Assembly (NCBI GenBank): GCA_965202665.1
Contig: OZ241841.1
Location: 448,001-512,000 of the forward strand
Direction: 5' to 3'
Source: Candidatus Spongiisociaceae bacterium
GTDB lineage: Bacteria; Actinomycetota; Acidimicrobiia; Spongiisociales; Spongiisociaceae
DNA length: 64,000 nt
Part shown: positions 41,801 through 51,834 of the stretch, one piece after another
Numbering within the stretch: position 1 is the first letter of the stretch
Layout: every line of letters starts with the position of its first letter
Translations under genes and position numbers: made by a program
The notes under the pieces: model-generated
Told to the model about the DNA's origin: nothing
What the model saw: the letters and a program-made list of their open reading frames with translations, nothing else
The model's database searches: none

Positions 41801-44378
41801 ACAGGGTCTTCTGCTCCCCGACCATCACATCCGTATCCGCTTTTACAGTCACCCCCAAATCATCATCGGCGATAACCAACGATGTTCCGCTGACCGAAAA
41901 CCCCGTCGCGCTGCCCCCAATGTCGATGCTCTCCGCTCCCTCCGCGATCGTATCCCCGTCAATTAGCAAACCGGTCAACGCCGTAGCCGAGCTGGAGATG
42001 GAACCAGCCGGGATGCTCAACGTCAACGCCGTGCCCGGAGCGGTGAAATCCGCCGCCTCCGCGTTCTCACCCTCGCTGAACGACAACGTAACAGACGTGG
42101 CCCCGGTCAGCTCCGAAGTAGACGCCCCCGCAAACGCGGCCATCACCGACGCCGCACCCGCGTTTGTCGCTCCCTCGCCCACCGACGACGAGCTGAGCGT
42201 CAACTCTATCATTTCCGTGATTTTCAAATCCGCGGGAATAACCGTAAACCCGGCAGCGGAACCGGCGAACCGAATCGTTTCCTCCCCCTCCGCCACCGTG
42301 TCCGACAGGGGAGTAATGGTCACATCCGCGGTTGCCGACGTATCACCCGACGGGATCACCAAGTCCACCGTTTCCGCTCCCCGGTCGTAGTCGCCGCTCG
42401 AACAAGACCGGGACTGGCCGCTCCCCGAACACACCCCCACCGTCGCCGTCCCACCCATAGCACCCACGTCTACGACGACGGACGTCTGCGAAGTCACCGC
42501 GGTTTCGGCGGTGGCTTTCACCCGCACCCTCCGCGCCCCCCCACCCTCCGCTACCCCCGCCAACGCCGCCTCCCCGCTCGCCGCCTCATGCAAAGACAAA
42601 TCCACCCGCGTCCCCGCATCGATAATCGGCAAATCCACCGACTCCACCACCACATCCGACCCGCCCACCGACGCCGTACCCGACACCACCATCTTCTCCC
42701 CCGACTCACCCGTACCATCATCAAGAACCGTCACCGTAAACGTTTCGCTCGCCGACGTCCCACCCGCCGGAATGGAAATCGTGGTCGCATTACCCGTCAA
42801 ACTGGTACAAGCATCATCCCCGCCAGACACCGGACACGACGACGACAAAGCCGCCCCGCCCTCCCCCGCCACCGTCACCGCCACATCAGTAGCAGCTGTC
42901 AGAATAGACGACGACCCCTTAAACCGAGCCGTCACCCTAACCTGCTGCGCCCCCGCCTGCTCCTCCACCGACGACGGAGACACCTCCAACTCAACATCAG
43001 CGTCATCATCATAAATAGTCAACACAGACGACCGAGCGTCCCCCAACGCCGACGACCCACCCACCAAAAAAGTCTCCGGCCCCTCCACCACCGCATCATC
43101 GGTGATCGTCAACCCCGCCAACGTCGCCGTACCCGACGCAGTCACACTCCTAGCCGGAAAAGAAATCGTATTCGCCGTCGACGGAGCATACGAAAAATCA
43201 GCCGCCGCCGCCTTCCCCGCCCCCGCCGGAGTCTGCGCCTCCGCCGACAACGTCACCACCGTCGCCGAAGAAATCACCGACGACGTCGCATTCCAAAAAG
43301 CAGCCGCCACCGACACCCCCGAACCAGACGCCCCCTCCTCCAACACAGCCTGATTCCCATCTTCGCCACCATCGGTATCCACCGTAAAACCCACCCGATT
43401 CGCATCCTTGACAGTAAGCGGGGTTGGGAACGCCGTCCAACCCATCGGAACACCTTGATTTAGCCTAACGTAAAATATCTCATCCGGCTCCACCACCCTA
43501 TCTCTCATAACCCTCAGACCTATATAAGAGATACCACCACCCACACCACTGTGAGTAGACTGAGAAACAGTATTGGCGGGTATGGTCATCCGCTGAATCT
43601 CGTCCCAATTATGTAATTGGTAGACATCGGTGGGACTGCCTTTCGAATCTTTCTGTATAGCGGTCCCGCTATCGAAATACAATTGCATATCCGCCAAAGC
43701 TTGGCCGTATGTCGAAGAAGTAGACTGGGTGAACACACCATTCGTCACCCCACCCAATACAGCCGTCGGTGCAGGTTCATATATATGACCATCGGGTCTA
43801 TTCATAGATTCACCCTCTTCCTTCTCCGGCAAAACCTCATACGACATGTTCACCTTAATCGCCCGATCCTGATCGGTGATAGTCAAAGTAGTCCCAGTCA
43901 CCGTATACCCAGACTTAGAAGCGGTACCGGAGAAGGTGATAGTCTCATGCTCCTCCGTAATCCTATCCGCCCGCGTAAAAAGTTGCCAAGGGATTATATT
44001 ATAACCGATCGTCTGACCCACACCAATAGTAACATTAAAATTAGTAGATGAGTCAATACACGCATCACCACCTCGACACTCCATCCTAGTTTCCAGTAGG
44101 GTAACGGTCCTGTACACATTATTTACGGTAGCGGTCCCACCCCGAGTAACCGTCACCGTCACACTAGAAGTCACCGCCGAAGGCACCGACGCCCTCAAAA
44201 AAAGGTACTTACCCGAAGTAGCACTGTCCTCCCCCACCGAAGTGATCGCGGCTCTGGCGCTCGTCGCCTCCACCACGCTGAGCGTAATCGCCGTCTGCGC
44301 CCCCACCGCCGCCGGCGCAACCGGCAACACCGACCACACCAACCCCGCCGCCAACGACAACACCGCCAACCGCCGCAT
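38817..44378 (-). CDS. Giant surface protein B (about 500 aa shorter than its paralogs)
   Basis: Same architecture as A; MRRLAVLSLAAGL start after GGAGG. Confidence 0.88.
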   Translation of the reverse strand: MRRLAVLSLAAGLVWSVLPVAPAAVGAQTAITLSVVEATSARAAITSVGEDSATSGKYLFLRASVPSAVTSSVTVTVTRGGTATVNNVYRTVTLLETRMECRGGDACIDSSTNFNVTIGVGQTIGYNIIPWQLFTRADRITEEHETITFSGTASKSGYTVTGTTLTITDQDRAIKVNMSYEVLPEKEEGESMNRPDGHIYEPAPTAVLGGVTNGVFTQSTSSTYGQALADMQLYFDSGTAIQKDSKGSPTDVYQLHNWDEIQRMTIPANTVSQSTHSGVGGGISYIGLRVMRDRVVEPDEIFYVRLNQGVPMGWTAFPTPLTVKDANRVGFTVDTDGGEDGNQAVLEEGASGSGVSVAAAFWNATSSVISSATVVTLSAEAQTPAGAGKAAAADFSYAPSTANTISFPARSVTASGTATLAGLTITDDAVVEGPETFLVGGSSALGDARSSVLTIYDDDADVELEVSPSSVEEQAGAQQVRVTARFKGSSSILTAATDVAVTVAGEGGAALSSSCPVSGGDDACTSLTGNATTISIPAGGTSASETFTVTVLDDGTGESGEKMVVSGTASVGGSDVVVESVDLPIIDAGTRVDLSLHEAASGEAALAGVAEGGGARRVRVKATAETAVTSQTSVVVDVGAMGGTATVGVCSGSGQSRSCSSGDYDRGAETVDLVIPSGDTSATADVTITPLSDTVAEGEETIRFAGSAAGFTVIPADLKITEMIELTLSSSSVGEGATNAGAASVMAAFAGASTSELTGATSVTLSFSEGENAEAADFTAPGTALTLSIPAGSISSSATALTGLLIDGDTIAEGAESIDIGGSATGFSVSGTSLVIADDDLGVTVKADTDVMVGEQKTLSEGATAAVRVQARFTSATSNDLGSALQVRVTAGVSSPQSAAGGGVDFTAPATPVTVSIPAGQSSLASPWVNLSGLSVADDAETEAAETFAITGTVVGRSGVTVTSDTLTIGASDTALEVTASPGTVYESGAAHDVTVTAGFAGASSSALAAGTDVTVAVAAGDSNGATMAASCSAIGQNDVCTDQTGNSFTITIPAGEVSHTGTFKLTARDDGTQEATTETVKITGSATVAGESESDTDTINVVDSAITLTLAKSGSSVSALDENSGSSTIRVTATLPTGVTVPSGGVVVGLRIAEGSTAVAASNNVWADGEDYRVTWPSKPTGTPGGYSTGITIAQGSTNSFADVTIVVNDDSVAEPAKTILFEGSDVTISADTYQTVDASLTLNDNDSPPTVIDVSLYEDDGGEVGAELTQVPEGGTSTTVRVRAAFQGTATRSAATFVPIVVGKPSGEATEGTDYETVGDFTVAIPAYQSSGVSSFVLRTDGTYNDAAFEGPETLTVAGGTLAGFTIGEDTLSILDDDLTVILAVTPDEVTEGDANITLSLRAAYPGTETLGASQTVSLAYGGTASSSDFTASALADMTISANQNSATPQTITLSAVADDNIAEGDETLQIIGTLAGFTVEPATLTIKDNDAPPTSVQISLSRTSVAETTGATAAIATRFPAGSNPLSTDTAVTFSLGGDAIRNSDYRISNLTAVIPAGQTQAPNLTITIINDNTPERAERIVLTATAPAGLTPSPATLTLAIPANDAPPPSPSGGGGSGGGGGGGGGGGGGGGGGGGGGTPPPAAPPPAPAPPPEPVCQGRFCDDDGSVHEANIERIAGWRITLGCDTEDSTKYCPGAQITRRQMAAFLHRAVSQRWTIQPPEDIEISDVPADAWYRTYAEWGVSVNAFALTDGNFNPGGVVTRADMAIMMIAAFPHLQSVEEPQNLFQDATGLDPAIIRAIEGMYGRGVTRGCATTPLNYCPNKPVTRAQMASFFVRAVNLAPAATGGN

Positions 44379-44429
44379 CACCCAACCTCCAATCCTCCAC
44401 ACGGCGCCGCGAACCGGCACCCTACGCAA

Positions 44430-44456
44430 ACGCTACCCCCCCCCCCAATATGTCAA
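44430..44456 (-). promoter_or_regulatory. Promoter of gene B with G11 spacer tract (15-bp spacer)
   Basis: TTGACA-TATT-G11-TAGCGT. Confidence 0.8.
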
Positions 44457-44480
44457 GTCAATCCCCCGCGCCAAGCGGTC

Positions 44481-44608
44481 GCGTAAACCGGGACATGTCA
44501 GTTGCGATGACCGCACCTTCCTGCACGTTGGGCTGTAACTCCGCTTAGGTCGCCAAGAAAGCCGCCGGTTGGTACGCGGAGCGGAGGGGGGCGGGGGTTA
44601 TGAGCCGG
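44481..44608 (+). repeat. Duplicated copy of 31404-31530 (3' end of the PP2C-like gene plus spacer)
   Basis: Encodes KPGHVSCDDRTFLHVGL* versus KPGHVSFDDRTFLRVGL*, followed by the shared TTAGGTCGCCAAGAAAGCCGCCGGTTGG. Confidence 0.92.
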
Positions 44609-47600
44609 CGGCGGCGGGGGCGAGGTTGACGGCGCGGACGAAGAAGGAGGCCATCTGCGCTCTGGTTACGGGTTTGTTGGGGCAGTAGTTGAGGGGGGTG
44701 GTGGTGCAGCCTCTGGTTACGCTTCTGCCGTACATTCCTTCGATGGCCCGTATTATCGTCGGGTCTAGTCCTGTTGCGTCTTGGAAGAGGTTTTGGGGTT
44801 CTTCTACGGGTTGGAGGTGGGGGAAGGCGGCGATCATCATGATGGCCATGTCGGCTCGGGTTACTACTCCGCCGGGGTTGAAGTTTCCGTCGGTGAGTTC
44901 GAAGGCGTTTATGGAGACGCCCCATTCGGCGTAGGTGCGGTACCAGGCGTCTTGGGATACGTCGTTGATTTCTATGTTTTGGGGGTTTTGGATGGTCCAG
45001 CGTTGGCTGACGGCGCGGTGGAGGAAGGCGGCCATTTGCCTGCGGGTGATTTGGGCTCCGGGGCAGTATTTGGTGGAGTCGGTGGCGTCGCAGCCGAGGG
45101 TGATTCTCCATCCGGCTATCCGTTCGATGTTGGCTTCATGGACGCTGCCGTCGTCGTCGCAGAATCGTCCTTGGCATGCCGGTTCGGGGGGAGGCGCGGG
45201 GGCGGGTGGGGGCGCGGTCGGCGGGGCGGCCGGGGGCGGTGGGGCTGGGGCGCCGCCGCCTCCTCCTCCGCCGCCACCTCCTCCGCCGCCACCTCCCCCG
45301 CCGCCACCTCCGCCTCCGGCGGGCGGGTTTCCTCCGCTGGGAGCGGGGGGTGGGGCGGGGGGTGGGGCGTCGTTGTCGGTGATGGTGAGGGTGAGGGTGG
45401 AGGGGTTGGGGGTTAATCCGGCTGGGGTGGCGGCGGTGAGGACGATTCGTTCGTTTGGTTCGTCGTCGGTGTCATGGAGGATGGTTATGGTGAGGTTGGG
45501 GGCTTGGGTTTGCCCGGCGGGGATGACCGCGGTCAGGCTGTTTATTCGGTAGTCGGAGTTGCGTTGGGCGTTTCCGCTGAGGGTGAAAGCGACGGCGGTG
45601 TCGGTGGGGAGCGTGTCGGACCCGGCGGGTAAGCGGGTGGCGATGGTAGCGGTAGCGCCGGTAGTTTCAGCCAGGTTGTTGGCGGAGAGGCTGATTTGGA
45701 TGCCGGCGGGCCGGTCGTCGTCGTCTTTGATAGTGAAGACGGCGGGGGTGACGGCGTATCCGGCGACCGTTCCGGTTATTTGCAAGGTTTCGTCTCCCTC
45801 GGCAATGCTGTCTTCGGTGGTTTGCAGGGCGAAGGTGGGGAGGGTGGCGCTGTTTTGGTTGGCGGGGATGGTCAGAGAGGTAAGAGAGGGGGCGGTGTAG
45901 TCAGCTCCGGCGACGGCGTCTCCTCCGAGGGCCAGGTTTACGGTTTGGGAAGTGGTGAGGGCCGCGCCCGGGTAGGCGGCTCGCAGGGTTGCGGCCGCGA
46001 CCGCGTCGCCTTCGTTCACCTCGTCTGGGGTGAGGGTGAGGGTGATGGTTTCGTCGTCGATGATGGTGAGGGTGTCTTGCCCGATAGTGAAACCGGCGAG
46101 GGTTCCGCCGGCGACGGTCAACGTTTCGTTCCCTTCAAGGTTTTCGTCGTCATATGTTCCGTCGGTTTTGAGGGTGAAAGTGCCGGTTCCGCTGGTTTGG
46201 TAGGGGTCGATCACCAAGTTGAAGGCGCTTACCGTTTGATAATCGGTTCCTGGTGTGGATTCCCCGGCGGCTTTACCGACCACAATCGGCACGGAAGTTG
46301 CGGCGGAGCGGGTGACGGTTCCCTGAAAAGAAGCCCGCACCCACACTACATCTTCGCCGCCTTCAGGTACTTGGGTAAGCGCCGCCCCGATGTCGCCTTC
46401 GTCGTCGCGGTGGAGGGCGAGGTCGATGTTGGCGGGCGGGTCGTCGTTGTCGCTGATAGTAAGCGCGGCGGCTACCGCGTGGTAGACGACGCTGCTGATG
46501 GTTACCGTGCTGCCGTTGACGGTTATGGTTTTGTCCGGTTCGTCTACGCTGTCGTCGTTTACCGTGATGGTAATATCGGCGGCGCCGCTGGTTTGCCCCT
46601 GCGCGATGGTGACGCCGGTGGCGTATCCATCAGGAGTGGAGGCTGGTTTGGGGGGCAGGCTGATCCGGTAGTCTTCTTGTTCCGTCCAGACGTTGTCGGA
46701 GTCCGCAGTAGCGCTACCGGCTATGTTCAGGCCTACAACCACCCCGCCGGAGGGGACGGTCGTACCGGTGGGGATGGTGGCGGTCACCCGTATGGTGGCA
46801 GACGCGCTGCTCTCGGACAACGTAGATATGGCGTTGTTGTTGGAGGCGTTGGTTAGGGAAAGGGTGATGCCGCTGTCTACAACGTTGATAGTGTCGGAAT
46901 CCGATTCTGATTCTCCGGCGACGGTGGCCGAGCCGGTTATTTTCACCTTTTCCACGCTTTCCGGCGTGTTGTCGTCCCGGGCGGTCAGCTGGAACGTTCC
47001 CGTATGGCTGGTTTGCCCGGCGGGGATGGTGACGGTAAACGAGTTGCCCGTCTGATCGGTGCAAACATCGTTCTGTCCGATCGCGGAGCACGACGCCGCT
47101 ACCGTCGCTGGGTCGGTGTCCCCGGCCGCTACCGCTACCGTCACCGCGGTGCCCGCCGACAAAGCCGATGAGGTCGCTCCGGCGAACCCGGCGGTCACCC
47201 TTATCGTATGAGCAGAACCGCTTTCATGCACCGTCCCCGGCGACGCGGCAACCTCCAAAGCGGTGTCGCTGGCCCCGATAGTCAACGTATCCGAAGTTAT
47301 CGTCACGTCGCTTCTCCCGGAAACGGTACCGGTGATGGCAAAGGTCTCCGCCGGTTCAGTCACAGTGTCGTCCGTAACCGCAAGTCCTGTCAGGTTCGCC
47401 CATGCGCTTTCCAGGCTGCTTGTACCGGTGGGAATGGACACCGTAACCGGCGTAGCGGGAGCGGTGAAATCTGTTCCCCCGCCCACCGCCGACTCCGGCG
47501 ACGAAACCCCGGCGGCGACGCGCACCTGCAGAGCGGAACCTAAATCATTGGAGGTAGCGGTGGTGAACTTGGCCCGTACCCGCACCGCGGGGGTGGTTCC

Positions 47601-50600
47601 TTCCGACAGGTTTTTTTGCTCCCCGTTCATTACGCTGTCCGTATCCGCCTCTACGGTCACTCCCAAATCGTCGTCTGCTATCTCCAGCTCGGTTCCGCTG
47701 ACTCGGAAGCCCCCCGCCGTGCCTCCGATGTCGATCTTCTCCGCTCCCTCGGCGATGGCATCCCCCGTGATCAGCAAACCGGTCAAGGCGGTAGCCGAGC
47801 TGGAGACGGAACCAGCGGGGATGCTCACCGTTAGCGCGGCGCCCGGGGCGGTGAAATCCGCCGCTTCCGCGTCCTCACCCGCCCCGAAAGTCAACGTGAC
47901 ATCCGTTGCTTGGGTGAGTAAGGAGCTAGACGCCCCAGCAAAGGAAGCCGTCACCGACGCCGCTCCCGCGTTTCCCGCTCCCTCACCCACCGAAGACCGG
48001 CTGACCGTCAACTGGATGGCTTCAGTGATGGACAGGTCGGCGGAGTCGGGCAGATACCCAGTAGCGGAGGCGGTGAAACGAATAGTTTCCGCCCCCTCGG
48101 CTGTTCCATCATCCCGGGGAGTGAGCACAACGTCGGCTGTTCCATCGGCTTGGTTGCTGTTGATGGTGATAGTCGCGGTGGCGCTCCCGCGGGTGTAATC
48201 CCCAGTGGATCCCAGGGTGGCGGTCCCGCCTGCGGCCCCCACGTTTACGGTCACTGTGGTAGCCGACGCGGCGTTTCCGCCGAGGGTGGCTTTCACCCGT
48301 ACCGTCTGCGCGCCCCCGTCCTCGGTAATACCCGACAGGGCAGGGTCGCCGCTGGAGGCCTGATGGAAGGACAAAGTAATCTGCCGGTCTGGGTCGTAAA
48401 CGCCCATCTGGGCGGGAGCTACCGAGCCTATGGAAGTAGCACCGGTGAGCTTCAAGTATTCGATATCCTCGGTGTTATCCTCGTCGACGCGGGCTCGCAT
48501 TTGGAAGGAACCCGAGGCGTTGACGTCCCCGGCGGGGATGCTGATCGTAAACTGATTGTTCGTTTGGTCGGTGCACACATCCGCCGATGACGAAAAAGGA
48601 CACGCCGCCGTCTGTACCCCTGCCCAGTTGGTGTCCGCTGGGGCGACTGTCACTGTTACCGGAGTCGCCGCCGACAACACCGAAGTGGCCCCCTGGAAAC
48701 GGGCGGTTACCGTAATCTGATGCGCCGCCGCTTGCTCCACCACCTCCGCCGGAGACGCCGACAAAGTCACGTCAACGTCATCATCAACGATAGTCACCGT
48801 GTCCGAAGCCACCGTCGCGCCGCCCGTTGCGGTACCGGTGACGAGAAACGTCTCCGACCCTTCCGCTACCGTATCATCCGCTACCGACAACCCGGTGAGA
48901 TCCGCCCAGCTGCTTTGCAAGCTGGTCGACCCGGTTGGTATAGACAACACCACCGCCGTACCGGGAGCTGTGAAATCAACACCCCCTCCAGTCGCCGACG
49001 CCGGCGACGAAGCCCCCGCGGTGACGCTTATTTGCAGAGCGGATCCTAAACCATTGGAAGTGGCGCTAGTGAAAGCGGCACGCACCCGCACCGCCGCCGC
49101 CTCACCCTCCGACAGGTTTCTCTGCACCCCGGACGCGCTGTCCGTGTCCACCGTCAAAGTAACCCCCATATCATCGTCGGTTATCGCCAACTCCGTTCCG
49201 CTCACCCCAAACCCCTCCGCCGTCCCCCCAACATCGATTTTCTCCTCCCCTTCCGCGATCGCATCCCCCGTAATAAGCAAACCAGACAAAGCGGTAGCGG
49301 AACTAGAAGTGGAAAAAGCCGGGATGCTCAACGTCAACGCCGGGGCGGTGAAATCCTGAGCCTCCGCGTTCTCGCCCGCCCCAAACGACAACGTAACAAC
49401 CGTCGCCCCGCTCAACTCTGAAGTAGTCGCCCCCGCGAAGGCGGCCGTCACCGTCGCCGCTCCCGCGTTCGTTGCGCCCTCGCCAACCGATGACTGGCTA
49501 AGCGTCAACGTAATCTCTTCCGTGATTTTCAAATCAACGGGAAACACCGTGAACCCGGAAGCGGAACCGGTAAATCGAACAGTTTCCTCCCCCTCCGCCA
49601 CCGTATCCGACAAAGGAGTGATCGTCACATCCGCCGTCCCGGAAGTCTCACCCGACGCAATCGTCACATCCACCGTCTCCGCCCCCCGATCATAATCACC
49701 GCTCGCGCAAGACCGGGACTGACCGCTCCCCGAGCACGTCCCCAAAGTCGCCGTCCCCCCCGCCGCCCCCACGTTCACGCTAATGGTCGTGTCCGAGGTC
49801 ACCGCCGCCCCCGCAGTAGCCTTCACCCGCACCGTCTCCGCCCCTCCATCCTCCGCTATCCCAGCCAACGCCGCCTCCCCGCTCGTCGCCTCATGCAACG
49901 ACAAATCCACCCGCGTCCCCGCGTCGATAATCGGCAAATCCGCCGACTCCACCGCCACCGCTGTCCCACCCACCGACGCCGCCCCCGACACCGTCAACTT
50001 CTCCCCCGTCTCGCTCGTACTATCATCAGAAACCGTCACCATAAACGTGTCGCTCCCCGACGTCGCACCCGCCGGAATAGACACCGTCATCTGATTATTA
50101 GTCAAACTAGTACAAGCATCGTTCGTATTCGCCGGACACCCCAAAGAAGCCCCGCCCGCCCCCGCCACCGTCACCGCCACGTCAGTAGCCGACGTCAAAA
50201 CCGACGACGAACCCTTAAACCGAGCCGTCACCGTAACCTCCTGCGACCCCGCCTGCTCAGACACCGCCAACGGAGACACCTCCAACTCAATATCAGCATC
50301 GTTGTCATAAATCGTCAACGTGTCCGCCGTAGCGGATCCCAGCGCCGACGACCCACCCACCAGAAAAGTTTCCGGCCCCTCCACTATCGCGTCGTCGGTG
50401 ATCGTCAACCCCGCCAACGTAGCCGTATCCGAAGGAGTGACGCTTCTAGCCGGGAAAGAAATCGTATTCGCCGTGGACGGAGCATACGTGAAATCAGCCG
50501 ATGTGGCCTTCCCCGCTCCCGCCGGGGTCTGCGCCGTCGCCGACAACGTCACCGTCGTCGCCGAAGAAATCACCGACGACGTCGCGTTCCAAAAACTAGC

Positions 50601-51668
50601 CGACACCGACACCCCCGACCCGGAATCCCCCTCCGTCAACACATCCTGATTCCCCATAGCCTCACTATCGGTATCCACCGTCAAATCCACCCGACTATTA
50701 GCATCCTTAACAGTTATCGGTGTCTTATACTGTGTCCAACCCGGAACGTCCACCCTAAGATAAAAAGTCTCATCCAGCTCCACCTTCCCATCAGTTACCG
50801 TTGTTAAAGAAAGTCTAATAGGTGTGAAAGTTCCGGAAAGAGAGTTGGCGTTTATCGTCACAGACAAAGGATCATTCCAATGATCATGCTGATGATAGAT
50901 ATCGTAGGCACCACTTCTATCCGAGTGGCTTACCGTAGCTGTCCCGCTGTCAATTCTTATTTGCTTATCCGAAATATTTTGGCTGTACGTCGAAGAAGTA
51001 GAAGCAGTGAACACACCATTAGTCACCCCACCCACGATAGCCTTCGGCGTAGTAAAATTGCCTTTACCATAGTTAATATAACCCGAAGATTCACCTTCTT
51101 TTAGCTCCGACAATACTAAATAATCCGATGGTACAACTACTTTAACCGCCCGGTCCTGATCGGTAATCGTCAAAGTAGCGTCAGTCACCGTATACCCGGA
51201 AGCGGTGCCGCTGATCAGGATGGTCTTATGATCCTCCGTAATCTTATCCGACTTCAGATAGAATTTAGTGGCAAAACGATCAGTATAGGTAGTAGTGCCC
51301 GCGCTGATTGTTACTGAAGAAGGTACGTTAACACAGTAATCAGCACCATTGCAAACAATCCTCGGAGGACGCCCTAATCTATAATCCTCGGTGGTTCTAG
51401 CATCACGCCATGTTGATCCAGAGGCGGTACCGCTCGGCGTACTATCAAGCGACACCCGCAAATCGGAGGATGGCGCCGAGGTCACCGACGCCTTCAAACG
51501 CAAATCCCTCGAACCGATGTCCTCCCCCAACGCGGTCACCGCGTTGCCCGAAGAATCAACCCAACTGAGCGTAACCACATTTGCCTGCGCCCCCACCCCC
51601 GCAGGCACGGCTGGCAACACCGACAGTACCATCCCCGTCGCCAACGCCAACAGCCCCAGCCGTCGCAT
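44598..51668 (-). CDS. Giant surface protein C
   Basis: Same architecture as A; MRRLGLLALATGM start after GGAGG. Confidence 0.88.
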   Translation of the reverse strand: MRRLGLLALATGMVLSVLPAVPAGVGAQANVVTLSWVDSSGNAVTALGEDIGSRDLRLKASVTSAPSSDLRVSLDSTPSGTASGSTWRDARTTEDYRLGRPPRIVCNGADYCVNVPSSVTISAGTTTYTDRFATKFYLKSDKITEDHKTILISGTASGYTVTDATLTITDQDRAVKVVVPSDYLVLSELKEGESSGYINYGKGNFTTPKAIVGGVTNGVFTASTSSTYSQNISDKQIRIDSGTATVSHSDRSGAYDIYHQHDHWNDPLSVTINANSLSGTFTPIRLSLTTVTDGKVELDETFYLRVDVPGWTQYKTPITVKDANSRVDLTVDTDSEAMGNQDVLTEGDSGSGVSVSASFWNATSSVISSATTVTLSATAQTPAGAGKATSADFTYAPSTANTISFPARSVTPSDTATLAGLTITDDAIVEGPETFLVGGSSALGSATADTLTIYDNDADIELEVSPLAVSEQAGSQEVTVTARFKGSSSVLTSATDVAVTVAGAGGASLGCPANTNDACTSLTNNQMTVSIPAGATSGSDTFMVTVSDDSTSETGEKLTVSGAASVGGTAVAVESADLPIIDAGTRVDLSLHEATSGEAALAGIAEDGGAETVRVKATAGAAVTSDTTISVNVGAAGGTATLGTCSGSGQSRSCASGDYDRGAETVDVTIASGETSGTADVTITPLSDTVAEGEETVRFTGSASGFTVFPVDLKITEEITLTLSQSSVGEGATNAGAATVTAAFAGATTSELSGATVVTLSFGAGENAEAQDFTAPALTLSIPAFSTSSSATALSGLLITGDAIAEGEEKIDVGGTAEGFGVSGTELAITDDDMGVTLTVDTDSASGVQRNLSEGEAAAVRVRAAFTSATSNGLGSALQISVTAGASSPASATGGGVDFTAPGTAVVLSIPTGSTSLQSSWADLTGLSVADDTVAEGSETFLVTGTATGGATVASDTVTIVDDDVDVTLSASPAEVVEQAAAHQITVTARFQGATSVLSAATPVTVTVAPADTNWAGVQTAACPFSSSADVCTDQTNNQFTISIPAGDVNASGSFQMRARVDEDNTEDIEYLKLTGATSIGSVAPAQMGVYDPDRQITLSFHQASSGDPALSGITEDGGAQTVRVKATLGGNAASATTVTVNVGAAGGTATLGSTGDYTRGSATATITINSNQADGTADVVLTPRDDGTAEGAETIRFTASATGYLPDSADLSITEAIQLTVSRSSVGEGAGNAGAASVTASFAGASSSLLTQATDVTLTFGAGEDAEAADFTAPGAALTVSIPAGSVSSSATALTGLLITGDAIAEGAEKIDIGGTAGGFRVSGTELEIADDDLGVTVEADTDSVMNGEQKNLSEGTTPAVRVRAKFTTATSNDLGSALQVRVAAGVSSPESAVGGGTDFTAPATPVTVSIPTGTSSLESAWANLTGLAVTDDTVTEPAETFAITGTVSGRSDVTITSDTLTIGASDTALEVAASPGTVHESGSAHTIRVTAGFAGATSSALSAGTAVTVAVAAGDTDPATVAASCSAIGQNDVCTDQTGNSFTVTIPAGQTSHTGTFQLTARDDNTPESVEKVKITGSATVAGESESDSDTINVVDSGITLSLTNASNNNAISTLSESSASATIRVTATIPTGTTVPSGGVVVGLNIAGSATADSDNVWTEQEDYRISLPPKPASTPDGYATGVTIAQGQTSGAADITITVNDDSVDEPDKTITVNGSTVTISSVVYHAVAAALTISDNDDPPANIDLALHRDDEGDIGAALTQVPEGGEDVVWVRASFQGTVTRSAATSVPIVVGKAAGESTPGTDYQTVSAFNLVIDPYQTSGTGTFTLKTDGTYDDENLEGNETLTVAGGTLAGFTIGQDTLTIIDDETITLTLTPDEVNEGDAVAAATLRAAYPGAALTTSQTVNLALGGDAVAGADYTAPSLTSLTIPANQNSATLPTFALQTTEDSIAEGDETLQITGTVAGYAVTPAVFTIKDDDDRPAGIQISLSANNLAETTGATATIATRLPAGSDTLPTDTAVAFTLSGNAQRNSDYRINSLTAVIPAGQTQAPNLTITILHDTDDEPNERIVLTAATPAGLTPNPSTLTLTITDNDAPPPAPPPAPSGGNPPAGGGGGGGGGGGGGGGGGGGGGGAPAPPPPAAPPTAPPPAPAPPPEPACQGRFCDDDGSVHEANIERIAGWRITLGCDATDSTKYCPGAQITRRQMAAFLHRAVSQRWTIQNPQNIEINDVSQDAWYRTYAEWGVSINAFELTDGNFNPGGVVTRADMAIMMIAAFPHLQPVEEPQNLFQDATGLDPTIIRAIEGMYGRSVTRGCTTTPLNYCPNKPVTRAQMASFFVRAVNLAPAAAGS

Positions 51669-51724
51669 CACCCAACCTCCATCTTCGCTTCCGGTCCAAC
51701 CCGTAAACGGGACCGATGCGAAAA

Positions 51725-51752
51725 ACGCTACCCCCCCCCCCCAATTTGTCAA
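51725..51752 (-). promoter_or_regulatory. Promoter of gene C with G12 spacer tract (16-bp spacer)
   Basis: TTGACA-AATT-G12-TAGCGT. Confidence 0.8.
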
Positions 51753-51777
51753 ATTAAGCCTCCGCGCCAGCGGAGGC
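51750..51777 (-). terminator. Putative intrinsic terminator of gene D
   Basis: Perfect 8-bp stem GCCTCCGC-TGGC-GCGGAGGC followed by TTAATTT, which runs into the next promoter's -35 box. Confidence 0.6.
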
Positions 51778-51834
51778 GTTGAACCACTTTGCGCCGTTTC
51801 CCCAATTAGGCCACCTTTTGAACAGGAGGGTGGG

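Noticed and set aside
38696-51752. Poly-G tracts as translational frameshift switches (ORF-track extensions such as MTNWGGGVAFF)
   Set aside because: The conserved GGAGG RBS and MRRL signal peptide start lie downstream of the tracts, so the tracts are non-coding and sit between promoter boxes.
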